Shown here: positions 1 to 9,557 of the stretch, piece by piece
Layout: every line of letters starts with the position of its first letter
Position numbering within the stretch: the stretch's first letter is position 1
NCBI GenBank assembly: GCA_965215505.1
Contig: OZ244065.1
Location: 3,104,001-3,168,000 of the forward strand
DNA from: Capsulimonadaceae bacterium
GTDB taxonomy: Bacteria; Armatimonadota; Armatimonadia; Armatimonadales; Capsulimonadaceae
DNA length: 64,000 nt
Direction of reading: 5' to 3'
The notes under the pieces: generated by a model
The model's database searches: none
Told to the model about the DNA's origin: nothing
Seen by the model: only the letters and a program-made list of their open reading frames with translations
Program-made: the position numbers and the translations under genes

Positions 1-492
1 GCGGAGATGAAGAACATGGCCCTGACGGCGGGCACGCCGGCCAGTACTGCCTCACTCACGTCGGACGACATCCAGAAGTCTATCCGGGTGACCAACCCGC
101 CGGGCACCCACACCCTGGTCATCACGGCGGAGGCCGCTGACCCGAAGCAGGCGCAGGACCTCGCGAACGCGGTCGCTAACGCATTCGTCGAATACAAGCG
201 TTCCCTTGCGACGCGCGACATGACCAGTGTCCAATCAAGCCTGGAGCGCAAGGCCGCCCGCGCAGGGCAGGCGCTGGACATGGCGGAGCGGCAGGAGCGG
301 CTGTCCAAGCAGGCCGCTGCGCTCTCGCCAGACGGCTCGGCCCGAATGCATGAGAACACGGAGATCGCGAGGGAGCTTTACCGGCGGCTCCAGACGGCCC
401 TCGCCGCCGCCCGCCTGCAACGCGATCTCGTCTCCGGGGACGTGACGATAGCCCAGTACGCCGAGATGCCCAAGACGCCCTCCTCCCCGTGA
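1..492 (+). CDS. 3' part of a Wzz/polysaccharide chain-length determinant-like protein (probably starts before the window)
   Basis: Frame is open from base 1. The 'LVITAEAADPKQAQDLANAVANAF' motif, a coiled-coil and C-terminal 'AEMPKTPSSP' resemble Wzz/Wzc periplasmic domains. Confidence 0.55.
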   Translation, partial: AEMKNMALTAGTPASTASLTSDDIQKSIRVTNPPGTHTLVITAEAADPKQAQDLANAVANAFVEYKRSLATRDMTSVQSSLERKAARAGQALDMAERQERLSKQAAALSPDGSARMHENTEIARELYRRLQTALAAARLQRDLVSGDVTIAQYAEMPKTPSSP

Positions 493-517
493 AGAGGGCA
501 CCGGCACTGATTCAGGC

Positions 518-643
518 CGAGTGATTGAAATCACTCGCTCCGGCTGGATTTGTCCAAGGGACAAGCGGACAAGGCGGCTCCGAACCTCTGCCTGCTTCTG
601 TCCCCTGGACAGGTCCCCCTCAGCGAGTGAATTCATTCACTTG
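518..643. mobile_element. ~126-bp TIR/palindrome-ended MITE-like element, copy 1
   Basis: Ends are CGAGTGATTGAAATCACTCGCT and AGCGAGTGAATTCATTCACTTG. Internal TTGTCCAAGGGACAAG and CTTCTGTCCCCTGGACAGGTCCC are shared with 13527-13663. Confidence 0.7.
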
Positions 644-732
644 TTCCTGTGTCCTTGACGGCTTCGCATGACATCAGCGGGCGAGCAGAGAAAGCAGGAA
701 AAACGCCGGCCCATCACGAACTTACACAGCAC

Positions 733-1734
733 ATGGAAATCAATGAAGCGACGATCGCGCAGTTCAAGACCGACTTCGCCCGCGTCCGGGCCGAATGCGG
801 CAAGGTCATCGTCGGCAACGCCGACATCGTGGACGGCGTGCTGATCTGCCTGCTGTCCGGCGGACACGCCCTGCTCGAAGGCGTGCCGGGCCTGGGGAAG
901 ACTCTGCTGGTCCGCACCCTCTCGCGCGTGCTGGATTTGGACTTCAACCGCGTCCAGTTCACGCCCGACCTGATGCCCGCCGACATCACCGGGACGAACA
1001 TCCTGATGGAAGACGACTCGGGCCGCAAGATCTTCCAGTTCCAGCCCGGCCCCGTGTTCGCCAACATCGTCCTGGCCGACGAGATCAACCGGGCCACGCC
1101 CAAGACGCAGTCGGCGATGCTGGAAGCCATGCAGGAGCATTCGGTCACGGTTTCGGGCAAGATGTACCAGCTCCAGGAACCGTTCTTCGTGCTGGCAACC
1201 CAGAACCCCATCGAGATGGAGGGGACGTACCCGCTGCCCGAGGCCCAGCTCGACCGGTTCCTGTTCAAGCTGATCGTCCCCTCCCCCACCCTGGGCGAAT
1301 TGTCCGCCATCGTGGAGCGGACGACCGGGGCCGAGACGCCGCTGGTGGAGAAGGTGCTGGACGGCCCGCAGATCATGGCGATGCGCCAGATCGCCCGCGA
1401 GGTGCCCATCGCCTCCCACGTCCGCGACTTCGCCGTGCGCGTGATCCTCGCCACCCACCCGCGCTCCGAGGTGGCGACGCCCATGGTCAACCAGTTCGTC
1501 CGCTTCGGGGCCTCCCCGCGCGGCGCGCAGGCCATCGTCCTGGCCGCCAAGATCCGCGCCCTGCTCGACGGCCGCTACAACGTCGCCTTCGACGACATCA
1601 GCTCGGTCGCCCCCGCCGCCCTGCGGCACCGGCTGATCCTGAACTTCGAGGGCGAGGCCGAAGGCATCGGGGCCGACGCCATCGTCCGGGACGTGCTGAC
1701 CCGGCTTTCAACCCAGGCGGCGGTGGCGGCGTAG
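733..1734 (+). CDS. MoxR-family AAA+ ATPase
   Basis: HALLEGVPGLGKT, RVQFTPDLMPADITG, LADEINRATPKTQSAMLEAM and ATQNPIEMEGTYPLPEAQLDRF motifs. Start placed at ATG 733. Confidence 0.93.
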   Translation: MEINEATIAQFKTDFARVRAECGKVIVGNADIVDGVLICLLSGGHALLEGVPGLGKTLLVRTLSRVLDLDFNRVQFTPDLMPADITGTNILMEDDSGRKIFQFQPGPVFANIVLADEINRATPKTQSAMLEAMQEHSVTVSGKMYQLQEPFFVLATQNPIEMEGTYPLPEAQLDRFLFKLIVPSPTLGELSAIVERTTGAETPLVEKVLDGPQIMAMRQIAREVPIASHVRDFAVRVILATHPRSEVATPMVNQFVRFGASPRGAQAIVLAAKIRALLDGRYNVAFDDISSVAPAALRHRLILNFEGEAEGIGADAIVRDVLTRLSTQAAVAA

Positions 1735-1755
1735 GGGCGCGATTCATCGCGCCCT
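1731..1755. repeat. GTAG-type REP palindrome
   Basis: GTAGGGGCGCGATTCATCGCGCCCT; related copies at 27268 and 27910. Confidence 0.7.
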
Positions 1756-1809
1756 CTTGTGCTACCGCATCCTCAGTCGCGGGGCGGCCCCGGCCATGAA
1801 TGGCCGGGT

Positions 1810-2643
1810 TCACCACGCATCCACCCCCAGCAGCCGACGCCCCAGCGGCGTCAAAGTAGCCGTCTGCCCATGCTCCTGCTCCCACCGGCGCGGGTCGCCG
1901 GGTGCCCAGGAGGCATCGGGCGGCAGGCGGTCACGCCAGCGCATGACCCGATCCTGACGCATCGCGTCATCATCCACGCGGGCGGGGAACATGGAAATGT
2001 ACTGTGCCAGCCGGGGCCGATCCGAGACGTTGTGGCCGTTGCCATGCGGGAAGAGCGCGTTCCAGATGATCAGGTCCCCGGCGCAGGCGGGGATGGGAGT
2101 CACCTGAAAGCCGGTCAAGTCCGGCGCGTGCGGGTTGCGGCCCACGGGCTGGGTCTTGGCCCAGGCTTCGAGGTTCTGGAACAGCGCGGGGACGCCCTGG
2201 AAGCCGCCCATGTCTGCGGTCGTGTCGGTCAAGGCCAGCACGCCCTGGACGCTGAGTTGGCGGGTCAGGACGCGCGAGTCGGTGTCCCAATGGATGAACC
2301 CCTTGTGGTCGTATTCGGGGTGGCCGGGGTGTCGGGGCGGCTTCATGTTCACCCGGTCGAAGCTTGTCCAGAGGTGTTCGGTGCCGAGCAGCTCAGCGAA
2401 CGCCTGGTGGACGCGCGGGGCCTGCCGGTTGTCCCAGAGCGCCTGGTGCTGGTAGACCTCCAGCATCCCGCCGGGCGAGAGCGGCGGACGATACCAGTCG
2501 CCGGGGTCGACGGGGTCCATCCCCAGGAACTCCCAGATCATCGCGATCGTCGCGCGCAGGTTTTCCGGCGGCACGACCTCGCGGGCGACGACGTAGCCGT
2601 GGTCGCGGAAGAACGCATGGTCTTCGGGTGTGAAAATCGCCAT
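1810..2643 (-). CDS. Phytanoyl-CoA dioxygenase (PhyH) family 2OG-Fe(II) oxygenase
   Basis: FFRDHGYVV start, HWD iron-binding motif, and AGDLIIWNALFPHG...R distal His motif. Confidence 0.85.
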   Translation of the reverse strand: MAIFTPEDHAFFRDHGYVVAREVVPPENLRATIAMIWEFLGMDPVDPGDWYRPPLSPGGMLEVYQHQALWDNRQAPRVHQAFAELLGTEHLWTSFDRVNMKPPRHPGHPEYDHKGFIHWDTDSRVLTRQLSVQGVLALTDTTADMGGFQGVPALFQNLEAWAKTQPVGRNPHAPDLTGFQVTPIPACAGDLIIWNALFPHGNGHNVSDRPRLAQYISMFPARVDDDAMRQDRVMRWRDRLPPDASWAPGDPRRWEQEHGQTATLTPLGRRLLGVDAW

Positions 2644-2676
2644 CGTTGAACTCCCCTCGCCGGCCCCAGCCCGGCT

Positions 2677-3723
2677 CTACAGCGTCCCCAGAATCTCCCG
2701 GATAGACAAAGTCGCCCCGCAGATCACCTCGTCGGAGGCCCCGTAGTACACCGTCACCGTGTCGCCGTCCAGCGTGTGGCCGTTGGTGAAGACGACGTTG
2801 CCGAAGAAGCCGGTCAGCTCATAGGGCGCGGTCGGCTCCATGATCGGCTCCTCGGAGCGGGCCAGGACCTTGCTGGGGTCGTCCCGGTCCAGCAGCAGTG
2901 CGCCCAGGCAGTAGCGCGAGCTCTCGTCGGCCCCGTGGTAGATCGCCAGCCACCCGCGCTCGGTCAGGATCGGCTCGGCCCCGGCCCCGATCCGGACCGA
3001 GTCCCATTTGCCGGGGCGCGTGTGGATCAGGCACTGGTGGTTGCCCCAGTGCAGCAGGTCGGGCGAGTGCCCCAGCCAGATGAACGGGCCTCCGATGTAG
3101 AGGTTGGAAGGCCGGTGCAGGCACAGGTATTCGCCGCCGACCTTTTGCGGGAACAGGGCGCAGTCCTTGTTGGAGGGCGGGATGATCATGCCGTGGGCCT
3201 TGAAGTCCTCCCAATCGGTCGTACTGCTCATGCCGACTCCGATGCCGTTGGGCGAGACGGCAGTGTAGGTGAGGTAGAACCGGCCGTCTATCTCGCAGAC
3301 GCGGCTGTCCTCGATGCCGAAAGACTCCAGCTCGCCCCGGCCCATCAAAGTCGGGGCTTCGGCGGCCTGGAAGTGGACGCCGTCGTCGGAGGAGGCCAGC
3401 CGCAGGTGTGACAGGGTGGTGAGGTAGGTCTTGCCCTTGTAATCGAACGAGCGCGGGTCTTTGGCGACCACGTCCGGGTCGTCCAGGCCGTACTCCACGA
3501 TGGCGACGCCGCCGGGCGCGGCGGGGTCCAGGACGGGAGTCGAGATGCGCCCCGGCTCCTGCTTGGGGCGCTCGGCGACGCGCAGCAGCAGCCACGTCTT
3601 GCCCTGCCACCGGAACACGCCGGGGTTCAGCAGGCACTCGACCGCCAGCCCCTCCCGGCTCGGCCTGACATCCGAGGGCCGTAAAATCGGGTTCGTCTCG
3701 AACCGGTGCGCTAGGTCCGCCAT
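2677..3723 (-). CDS. Glycoside hydrolase family 130 (beta-mannoside phosphorylase-like)
   Basis: NPIL, LNPGV, LLLRVAERP, GIEDSRV, NKDCALFP, LHRP and GNVVFTNG...YYGASD motifs. Confidence 0.88.
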   Translation of the reverse strand: MADLAHRFETNPILRPSDVRPSREGLAVECLLNPGVFRWQGKTWLLLRVAERPKQEPGRISTPVLDPAAPGGVAIVEYGLDDPDVVAKDPRSFDYKGKTYLTTLSHLRLASSDDGVHFQAAEAPTLMGRGELESFGIEDSRVCEIDGRFYLTYTAVSPNGIGVGMSSTTDWEDFKAHGMIIPPSNKDCALFPQKVGGEYLCLHRPSNLYIGGPFIWLGHSPDLLHWGNHQCLIHTRPGKWDSVRIGAGAEPILTERGWLAIYHGADESSRYCLGALLLDRDDPSKVLARSEEPIMEPTAPYELTGFFGNVVFTNGHTLDGDTVTVYYGASDEVICGATLSIREILGTL

Positions 3724-3800
3724 GTGTCTCGCTCCCCTTGCATTGTGGTTTCGGGGGGTGATTCGGCATGGCCGGGGGTTTTTCCTGTCTGGGGGGGTTC

Positions 3801-4940
3801 CTAATCCTTCGCCATCGAGGCTTTCAGCAGGATGACGATCTCGCTGCTGGACCGGCTCTTCTGCGTGTGCCGGAACAGATGCCCGAAGAAGGGCAGGTCG
3901 CCCAGGAACGGCACTTTCCGCAGGGCGTAGATGTCGTCGTTCTCGATCAGCCCGCCGATCACCAGAGTCTCGCCGTCCTTGAGGCGCACCTGCGTGTCCA
4001 CGAACCGGCGCGAGATCTGCGGCAGGGCGATCCCCGAGGAGAGCGTCGTGAACTGCACCAGCCGCCCCACTTCCGGGTGCAGGCGCAGCGTGATCGTGCC
4101 GTCCGGGTGGCTGCGGGCGACGACGTTCAGCTCCACGCCCACGCGCACCTGGCCGGTCTGCGAGGTGGTGCCGTTGATCGTCGCCTGCGTGTTCAGCAGG
4201 TAGGTGATCTCGTCGCCGATGAAGATCTGCGCCTTGTGGTCGTCCAACACGAGAATCTTAGGGGCCGCAAGCAGGTGGGCTTTGTTCTCCTGGATGGCGG
4301 CGTCGAGCGTCGCCGTCAGGTTGATGTCGCTACGGCTGATGCGCCCGAACACGATGTCGGAGAAGGTCCCATGCGTCGGCGAGCTGGGTTTCGCCAGCGT
4401 GACACCCGCCGTCGTGCCGGTCGGGGCGAAGTTCCAGGTGACCCCAAGTGCCTGATCGGAGCCGTCCTGGAACTCGATGACCTTGGCCTCAATCATCACC
4501 TGCGGCCGTGCCCGGTCCAGCCGGCCCAGCACCGCAAGCGCCTGGCTCACCGTTGCCGGGTCCCCCGAAAGAACCAGGGTGTAGACGAAGGCGTCGTCCT
4601 CATACTTGATGACCGGCGGGGCGGCTTGCAGTACGCCGGTATTGGCGGGCGCGACCTGCTCGCCCAGCCGCTCCGCCTCGAAGCCGCGCTTGAGGGCGGA
4701 GGGGGACGGCCCGGCGAGGACGGTGACGCCCGGCACGAGCGCCTTGACGAGCCGGATCAGGTCGTCCGGCTCGGCGTGCTTGACCTCATAGATTTCGATA
4801 TTGGGGGCGGGGGCAGTCACCGGGGGCGCGGCGGGTGGAGGAAGGAGCGTCGCGGTGGGCGCGGCCTCCTGTGTGAAGGCAGGCCGTGTGCAGAAGAGGC
4901 ACAGGAGGAGCACCGGGGCGAGGATACGGGGCGGGTTCAT
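3801..4940 (-). CDS. Type II/III secretion system secretin-family protein (short GspD/PilQ-like)
   Basis: Signal peptide, then LDRARPQVMIEAKVIE, APKILVLD..KAQIFIGD and LKDGETLVIGGL...KVPFLGDLPFFGHLFR. Confidence 0.88.
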   Translation of the reverse strand: MNPPRILAPVLLLCLFCTRPAFTQEAAPTATLLPPPAAPPVTAPAPNIEIYEVKHAEPDDLIRLVKALVPGVTVLAGPSPSALKRGFEAERLGEQVAPANTGVLQAAPPVIKYEDDAFVYTLVLSGDPATVSQALAVLGRLDRARPQVMIEAKVIEFQDGSDQALGVTWNFAPTGTTAGVTLAKPSSPTHGTFSDIVFGRISRSDINLTATLDAAIQENKAHLLAAPKILVLDDHKAQIFIGDEITYLLNTQATINGTTSQTGQVRVGVELNVVARSHPDGTITLRLHPEVGRLVQFTTLSSGIALPQISRRFVDTQVRLKDGETLVIGGLIENDDIYALRKVPFLGDLPFFGHLFRHTQKSRSSSEIVILLKASMAKD

Positions 4941-5000
4941 GCGGCCCCTTTCGCCGCCGCCTGCCTGCTTTCCTGCGTGAACACAGAAGGCCCACGCCCC

Positions 5001-7895
5001 TCAGTCCCCCTCCGACAGCGCGTATTCCACGGCCTGCTCCAGCGTCATCGCGCGGCCCGCGTCCCAGGCATCCGAAAAGGCTTCCTCGCCAAGCGCCTCG
5101 CGGGCATCGGCCATCGTCTGCTCGTGGGTCCTGCGCTGCTTGGGCGGCAGGATCGCGGAGATGCCTTCCCGCGCCGACTGCGCGGCCCCGGCCAGACACG
5201 CGGCGCGCGACGGGGCGTTCCCGGCCATCGCCAGGGCGGCGCATTCTTCCAGGGCGTAGGTGATGTCGGTGGTCTTGCCCAGCCGACGGGCGAGGGTCAG
5301 GCTCTGGGCACAGAACGCCCGCGCCCCGGCCAGGTCACCTTCCAGGCGGGAGATCTGCCCCAGGTCGCTCAGGTTCCAGACCTCTTTGCTGCGGTCGCCG
5401 ATCTGGCGGGTGACCGCCAGCGATTGTTCGACAAAGGAGCGGGCCTCGGCGCGGTCACCCAGGCCCCCGGCGACAGCGCCCAGGCCATTGAGGTTCGACG
5501 CCTCGATCCACAGCTCGCCGATCTCGCGCGTGATCGTCAGCGACTGCTGATACCAGGAACGGGCCGATGCGCTCTCGCCCAGGTCACGGGCGATGTTCCC
5601 CAGGTTACAAAGGTTTCCCGCTTCGCCCCGCCGCTCGCCGACCTCGCGGCTGATCGCCAGGGCCGACTCGAAGTAGGAGCGGGCGGCCTCCGCCTCTCCC
5701 TGCTCGTAGGCGATGTTCCCCAGGCCGTTGAGGTTGATCAGCTCGTCGCGGCGGTCCCCGATCGCGCGCGTGATCGCCAGGGACTGCTCGAAAAAATCGC
5801 GCGCCGACGCGACCTGGCCTTGACTGAGCGTGAGGAAACCGAGGGCGATGAGGTTAGAGGCCTCCCTGCTCTGGTTGCCGATCGCGCGGTTGATCGCCAA
5901 AGCCTCCTCCAGAGTCGCCCGCCCCGCCTTGCTCTCGCCCAGGCTGTGGACGAGGAACCCCAGCGTCCCGAGCATCTGCGCCCGTGTCTCGGGTTCCATA
6001 CCGCCCCGCGCCAGGGCCGTTTCCAGGTGGCCGCGCCCCTCGCTCCAGTGTCCGCGCACATACCAGAAGCGGCACAGCGCGGCCACCAATCTGAGCGCGC
6101 CGTGCGGCCCTGTCGCCGTCCCTTCGCCCCAGGCCAGGGCGGCACGCAGGTTATCGTGTTCCGTTTCCAGCCGGGCCAGCCACGCCCCCTGCTCCGGCCC
6201 CCGGAGTTGTGAGGCCGCTTCTTCCGCCAGCGCGGTACACCAGGACAGGTGCCGGTCCCGCATCTTCTCGGCTTCGCCCGTCCCCCGCAGACACTCCTCG
6301 GCGTACTGACGGACGGTTTCCAGCAGATGGTAGCGCGTGCCGTCCCCTGTCGGCTCCATCACGACCAGGCTCTTATCCACCAGGGCCGTCAGCAGGTCCA
6401 GCACTTCCCACTGCTCGATACTACCATCAGGCTCGACTCCGTCGCCCGTACACACCGCCTCCGCCGCCGGGACGGTCCATCCTCCGGCAAACACGCAGGT
6501 CCGCAGCAGTACGATCTTCTCCTGCTCGGTCAGCAGGTCGTAGGACCAGTCAATCAGCGCCCGCAAGGTCTGCTGCCGGGGCAGCGCGACCCGCGAGCCG
6601 CCCGTCAGCAGACGGAACCGGTGGCCCAGCCGCGCGTTGATCTCCTCGACAGTCAGCGAGCGGACGCGGGCGGCGGCAAGCTCCATCGCCAGCGGGATGC
6701 CGTCCAGACGGAAGCACACCTGCGCCACCGCGGGCGCGTTCCCGCTCGTCACCGCGAACGACGGCTGGACCGCCTGGGCACGCTCGATGAACAGACGCAC
6801 CGCCTCGAACTGCGACAGCGCCTCCACCGTCTGCGCCTGCTTCGGGTCGGGCAGCGAGAGGGATGGGACGCGGTAGGTCTGCTCGCCGGCCACGTTCAGC
6901 GGCTCGCGGGAGGAGGCCAGGAGGTGGACGCCGGGGCAGGCGCGCAGCAGGTCGGAGGCAAGGGACGCACAGGCCGAGACCAGATGCTCGCAGTTGTCCA
7001 GGAGGAGCAGCAGGCGCTTGGCCTTCAGCACCTCCACAAGTGTTCGCTGGATCGGCTGCCCCGCCTGCTCCTTGATCCCAAGCACGTCGGCGACGGCCTG
7101 GGAGACGAGGGCGGGGTCGGCAAGAGCGGCGAATTCCACGAGCCAGACGCCGTCGCCGTCGCCGGTGAGCAGGTCGGCGGCCACTTGCAGGGAGAGCCGG
7201 GTCTTGCCGCTGCCGCCCGCGCCGGTCAGCGTCAGCAGGCGCGTCCTGCCCAGCAGTGCCTTGACCTCCTCGACCTGTTTCTCCCGCCCGATGAAACTCG
7301 TGGTCTGCTGGGGCAGGTTGTTGGGCAGGGCAGGATTGTCCAGGGACCGGAGCGGCGGGAAGTCGGCGGGGAGGGACGGGTACTGAAGCTGAAAGATCTG
7401 TTCGGGGCGTCCGAGGTCCTTGAGGCGGTGCCGGCCCAGATCCAGCAGGGAGGTGTTATGCGGGAGGGCGTCCCGGACCAGCCCTTGCGTCACCTCCGAA
7501 AGCAGCACCTGGCCGCCGTGCCCCGCCCCCATGAGGCGTGCCACCCGGTTGAGGGGCTGTCCGAAATAGTCGCCGCCGCGCTCCTCGGCGGCCCCAGAGT
7601 GGAGGGCCATCCGCACCAAGAGCGGCGTCCCGGTTCCCCACGGTTCGGCGGCCAGGGCGAGCTGGGCGGCGAGGGACGCGGCCAGGGCCTGGTTGGCCGT
7701 GGGGAAGGCGGCGCAGAAGGAGTCTCCGACGGTCCTGAAGACGAAGCCGCCGCTGCCCTCGATGCTGCTGCGGAGGAGTTCATCATGGCGTGCGAGGGCG
7801 GGGCGCATGGCGTCGGGGCGCTGTTCCCAGAGCGTGGTGCTGCCCTCGATGTCGGTGAACAGGAACGTGACGGTGCCGGCGGGTGGAAGGGGCAA
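5001..7895 (-). CDS. Class III nucleotide cyclase domain + STAND-type ATPase + TPR repeats
   Basis: TFLFTDIEGST/GDSFCAAF/LNRVARL cyclase core, TGAGGSGKTRL Walker A, LLLDNCEH, LDGIPLAMELAAAR and ~40-aa TPR repeats. Start TTG 7895 follows GGAG; the ORF-track extension runs into a REP pair. Confidence 0.88.
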   Translation of the reverse strand: MPLPPAGTVTFLFTDIEGSTTLWEQRPDAMRPALARHDELLRSSIEGSGGFVFRTVGDSFCAAFPTANQALAASLAAQLALAAEPWGTGTPLLVRMALHSGAAEERGGDYFGQPLNRVARLMGAGHGGQVLLSEVTQGLVRDALPHNTSLLDLGRHRLKDLGRPEQIFQLQYPSLPADFPPLRSLDNPALPNNLPQQTTSFIGREKQVEEVKALLGRTRLLTLTGAGGSGKTRLSLQVAADLLTGDGDGVWLVEFAALADPALVSQAVADVLGIKEQAGQPIQRTLVEVLKAKRLLLLLDNCEHLVSACASLASDLLRACPGVHLLASSREPLNVAGEQTYRVPSLSLPDPKQAQTVEALSQFEAVRLFIERAQAVQPSFAVTSGNAPAVAQVCFRLDGIPLAMELAAARVRSLTVEEINARLGHRFRLLTGGSRVALPRQQTLRALIDWSYDLLTEQEKIVLLRTCVFAGGWTVPAAEAVCTGDGVEPDGSIEQWEVLDLLTALVDKSLVVMEPTGDGTRYHLLETVRQYAEECLRGTGEAEKMRDRHLSWCTALAEEAASQLRGPEQGAWLARLETEHDNLRAALAWGEGTATGPHGALRLVAALCRFWYVRGHWSEGRGHLETALARGGMEPETRAQMLGTLGFLVHSLGESKAGRATLEEALAINRAIGNQSREASNLIALGFLTLSQGQVASARDFFEQSLAITRAIGDRRDELINLNGLGNIAYEQGEAEAARSYFESALAISREVGERRGEAGNLCNLGNIARDLGESASARSWYQQSLTITREIGELWIEASNLNGLGAVAGGLGDRAEARSFVEQSLAVTRQIGDRSKEVWNLSDLGQISRLEGDLAGARAFCAQSLTLARRLGKTTDITYALEECAALAMAGNAPSRAACLAGAAQSAREGISAILPPKQRRTHEQTMADAREALGEEAFSDAWDAGRAMTLEQAVEYALSEGD

Positions 7896-7996
7896 GGCGG
7901 ACTCCAGACTGGCGGTGCCGGGGCAGGCGAACAGGAAGCTGTTCGGCGGGCGGGGCGCGTTTTCCTGCGTGCCCCCGGTTCTGAGGGGCCGGATAT

Positions 7997-8091
7997 GTAG
8001 GGGTGCCGCTTGCCGCGCCCTCTTCCCCGGCCCAGTTCCTCTTCCCCGGCCCATATCCGAGGAAGGAGGGCGCGGCAAGCGGCACCCCTAC
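7997..8091. repeat. Inverted pair of GTAG-type REPs
   Basis: GTAGGGGTGCCGCTTGCCGCGCCCT ... AGGGCGCGGCAAGCGGCACCCCTAC, a perfect 25-bp inverted pair. Confidence 0.8.
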
Positions 8092-8104
8092 GGCCGGTGC
8101 ATCT

Positions 8105-9475
8105 CTAACCCCTGCCGGACGCTTCCCTCACCCCGCCCAGCGGCTCGCGGCTCTTGGCCCAGGCGGGCAGGAACGGGATGAACACGAAGCCTACCAGAGT
8201 GAAGGCCAGGCCCACCCACAGCGAGTAGTCCCAGCCGTGCGTGATCGTCCAGTGGTGGGCGGTGTTCAGCGGGCCGAAGTAGTCATACATGTTCCCGCCG
8301 ATCTTGTCGGACAGCACCCCGGCGATGGCGATGGCGGACATGACCAGCCCGTAGACCGTCCCCTCGACGCCGGGCGGGCAGGCCCGCGCCGCCAGCGTGG
8401 ACAGGCACAGGCTATACCAGGTGCCGATGCAGGCCCCTAGGAAGTAGATGACTTTCGCCGAGTCCGCGGTGTGCAGCAGCAGCAGGATCGGGTAGCCGAT
8501 GCAGTCCATCCCCCAGGCCCCCCAGACCAGCCCCCGCACCGGCATCCGGCGCGAGAAGGCCGCGAACAGGCCCATGGACACGATGGACCCCGCCGAGGAG
8601 TACGCCCCCAGGCTGCCGATGAGCTGCTTGGAGAAATGCAAAACATCGGTCATGTAGTAGATCTGGGCGTTGTTGACGCCGGGCGTCAGAATCAAATAGA
8701 AGACGAAGCCGATGATGGCCCACAGCCCCGGCATGCGGGCGGCTTGGCGCAGGGCGGCGGCGGAGCGGGCGCGCTCTTCCTGGCGGGCCGCGCGGCGCTC
8801 GGCGGGGTGGACGCGGCCCTGGTTCTCGGCGGCGACGGCCGGCTTCTCGTCGATCAGCAGGACGAGGGGCACTTGCAGGAGCATCAGCAGAGCGGCCAGG
8901 CCGAAGGCGTGGTGGTAGGACCAGTGCTGGGTGACATACCCGGACAGCCGGGCGGTGTAGAGGATGGCCAGGACGGAGGGGACGAACACGATCAGGCTCT
9001 GGAGCTGGCTGAGGCGGCGGGTGCGGTTGCCGACGGCGACCATGACGGCGTTGACCATGACGCCCGCCAGGACGCCCCCGGAGGCGAGTACGAGCAGCAG
9101 GCAGACCACGGCGGCGTAGTGGTACTCGGACAGGCAGGCCAGCCCCCAGCGCGCGGCCGCATGCACGAGGACGGACAGGACGTAGTAGGAGCGCCGGTGG
9201 GACCCGAACAGGGGGAACAGGTCGGAGCCGGCCCCGAGGAAGGGCTGGAGGTAGGCAGGGATGCCGACGATTATGCCCAGGGTCCCGATGTCGCCGGGCG
9301 TCAGGTGCATCACCTCTTTGAAGAGGAAGGTCGTCTTCTCGCCGGTCAAGGCCCCGCCGAAAGCGCCGAGGACGACGCTCAGGGTCAGGAAGGCGGCGAT
9401 GCGATGGAAGGCGGCCCGGTCGGCGGGGCCGGCGTCGCCGAGGGCGGGGTCTGCGGTGAGGGCCTGTGTCGCCAC
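8105..9475 (-). CDS. MFS transporter (BT1/folate-biopterin transporter-like)
   Basis: About 12 hydrophobic segments; SDLFPLFGSHRRSY and ARACPPGVEGTVYGLVMS are typical of the BT1 family. Confidence 0.8.
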   Translation of the reverse strand: MATQALTADPALGDAGPADRAAFHRIAAFLTLSVVLGAFGGALTGEKTTFLFKEVMHLTPGDIGTLGIIVGIPAYLQPFLGAGSDLFPLFGSHRRSYYVLSVLVHAAARWGLACLSEYHYAAVVCLLLVLASGGVLAGVMVNAVMVAVGNRTRRLSQLQSLIVFVPSVLAILYTARLSGYVTQHWSYHHAFGLAALLMLLQVPLVLLIDEKPAVAAENQGRVHPAERRAARQEERARSAAALRQAARMPGLWAIIGFVFYLILTPGVNNAQIYYMTDVLHFSKQLIGSLGAYSSAGSIVSMGLFAAFSRRMPVRGLVWGAWGMDCIGYPILLLLHTADSAKVIYFLGACIGTWYSLCLSTLAARACPPGVEGTVYGLVMSAIAIAGVLSDKIGGNMYDYFGPLNTAHHWTITHGWDYSLWVGLAFTLVGFVFIPFLPAWAKSREPLGGVREASGRG

Positions 9476-9557
9476 GGGGGTTCCTTTCTGCGGTCCGGTC
9501 TGCCACGGGGAGGGGCCGGAGGCGACACAGGCCCGGCCCCACCCGTGATCATGCCGA

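Noticed and set aside
7896-8078. N-terminal extensions given by the ORF track (also 11106-11180, 23653-23922, 30191-30265, 39436-39558, 56239-56367)
   Set aside because: They run through REPs or promoters and are low-complexity. Downstream starts fit RBS and domain boundaries better.
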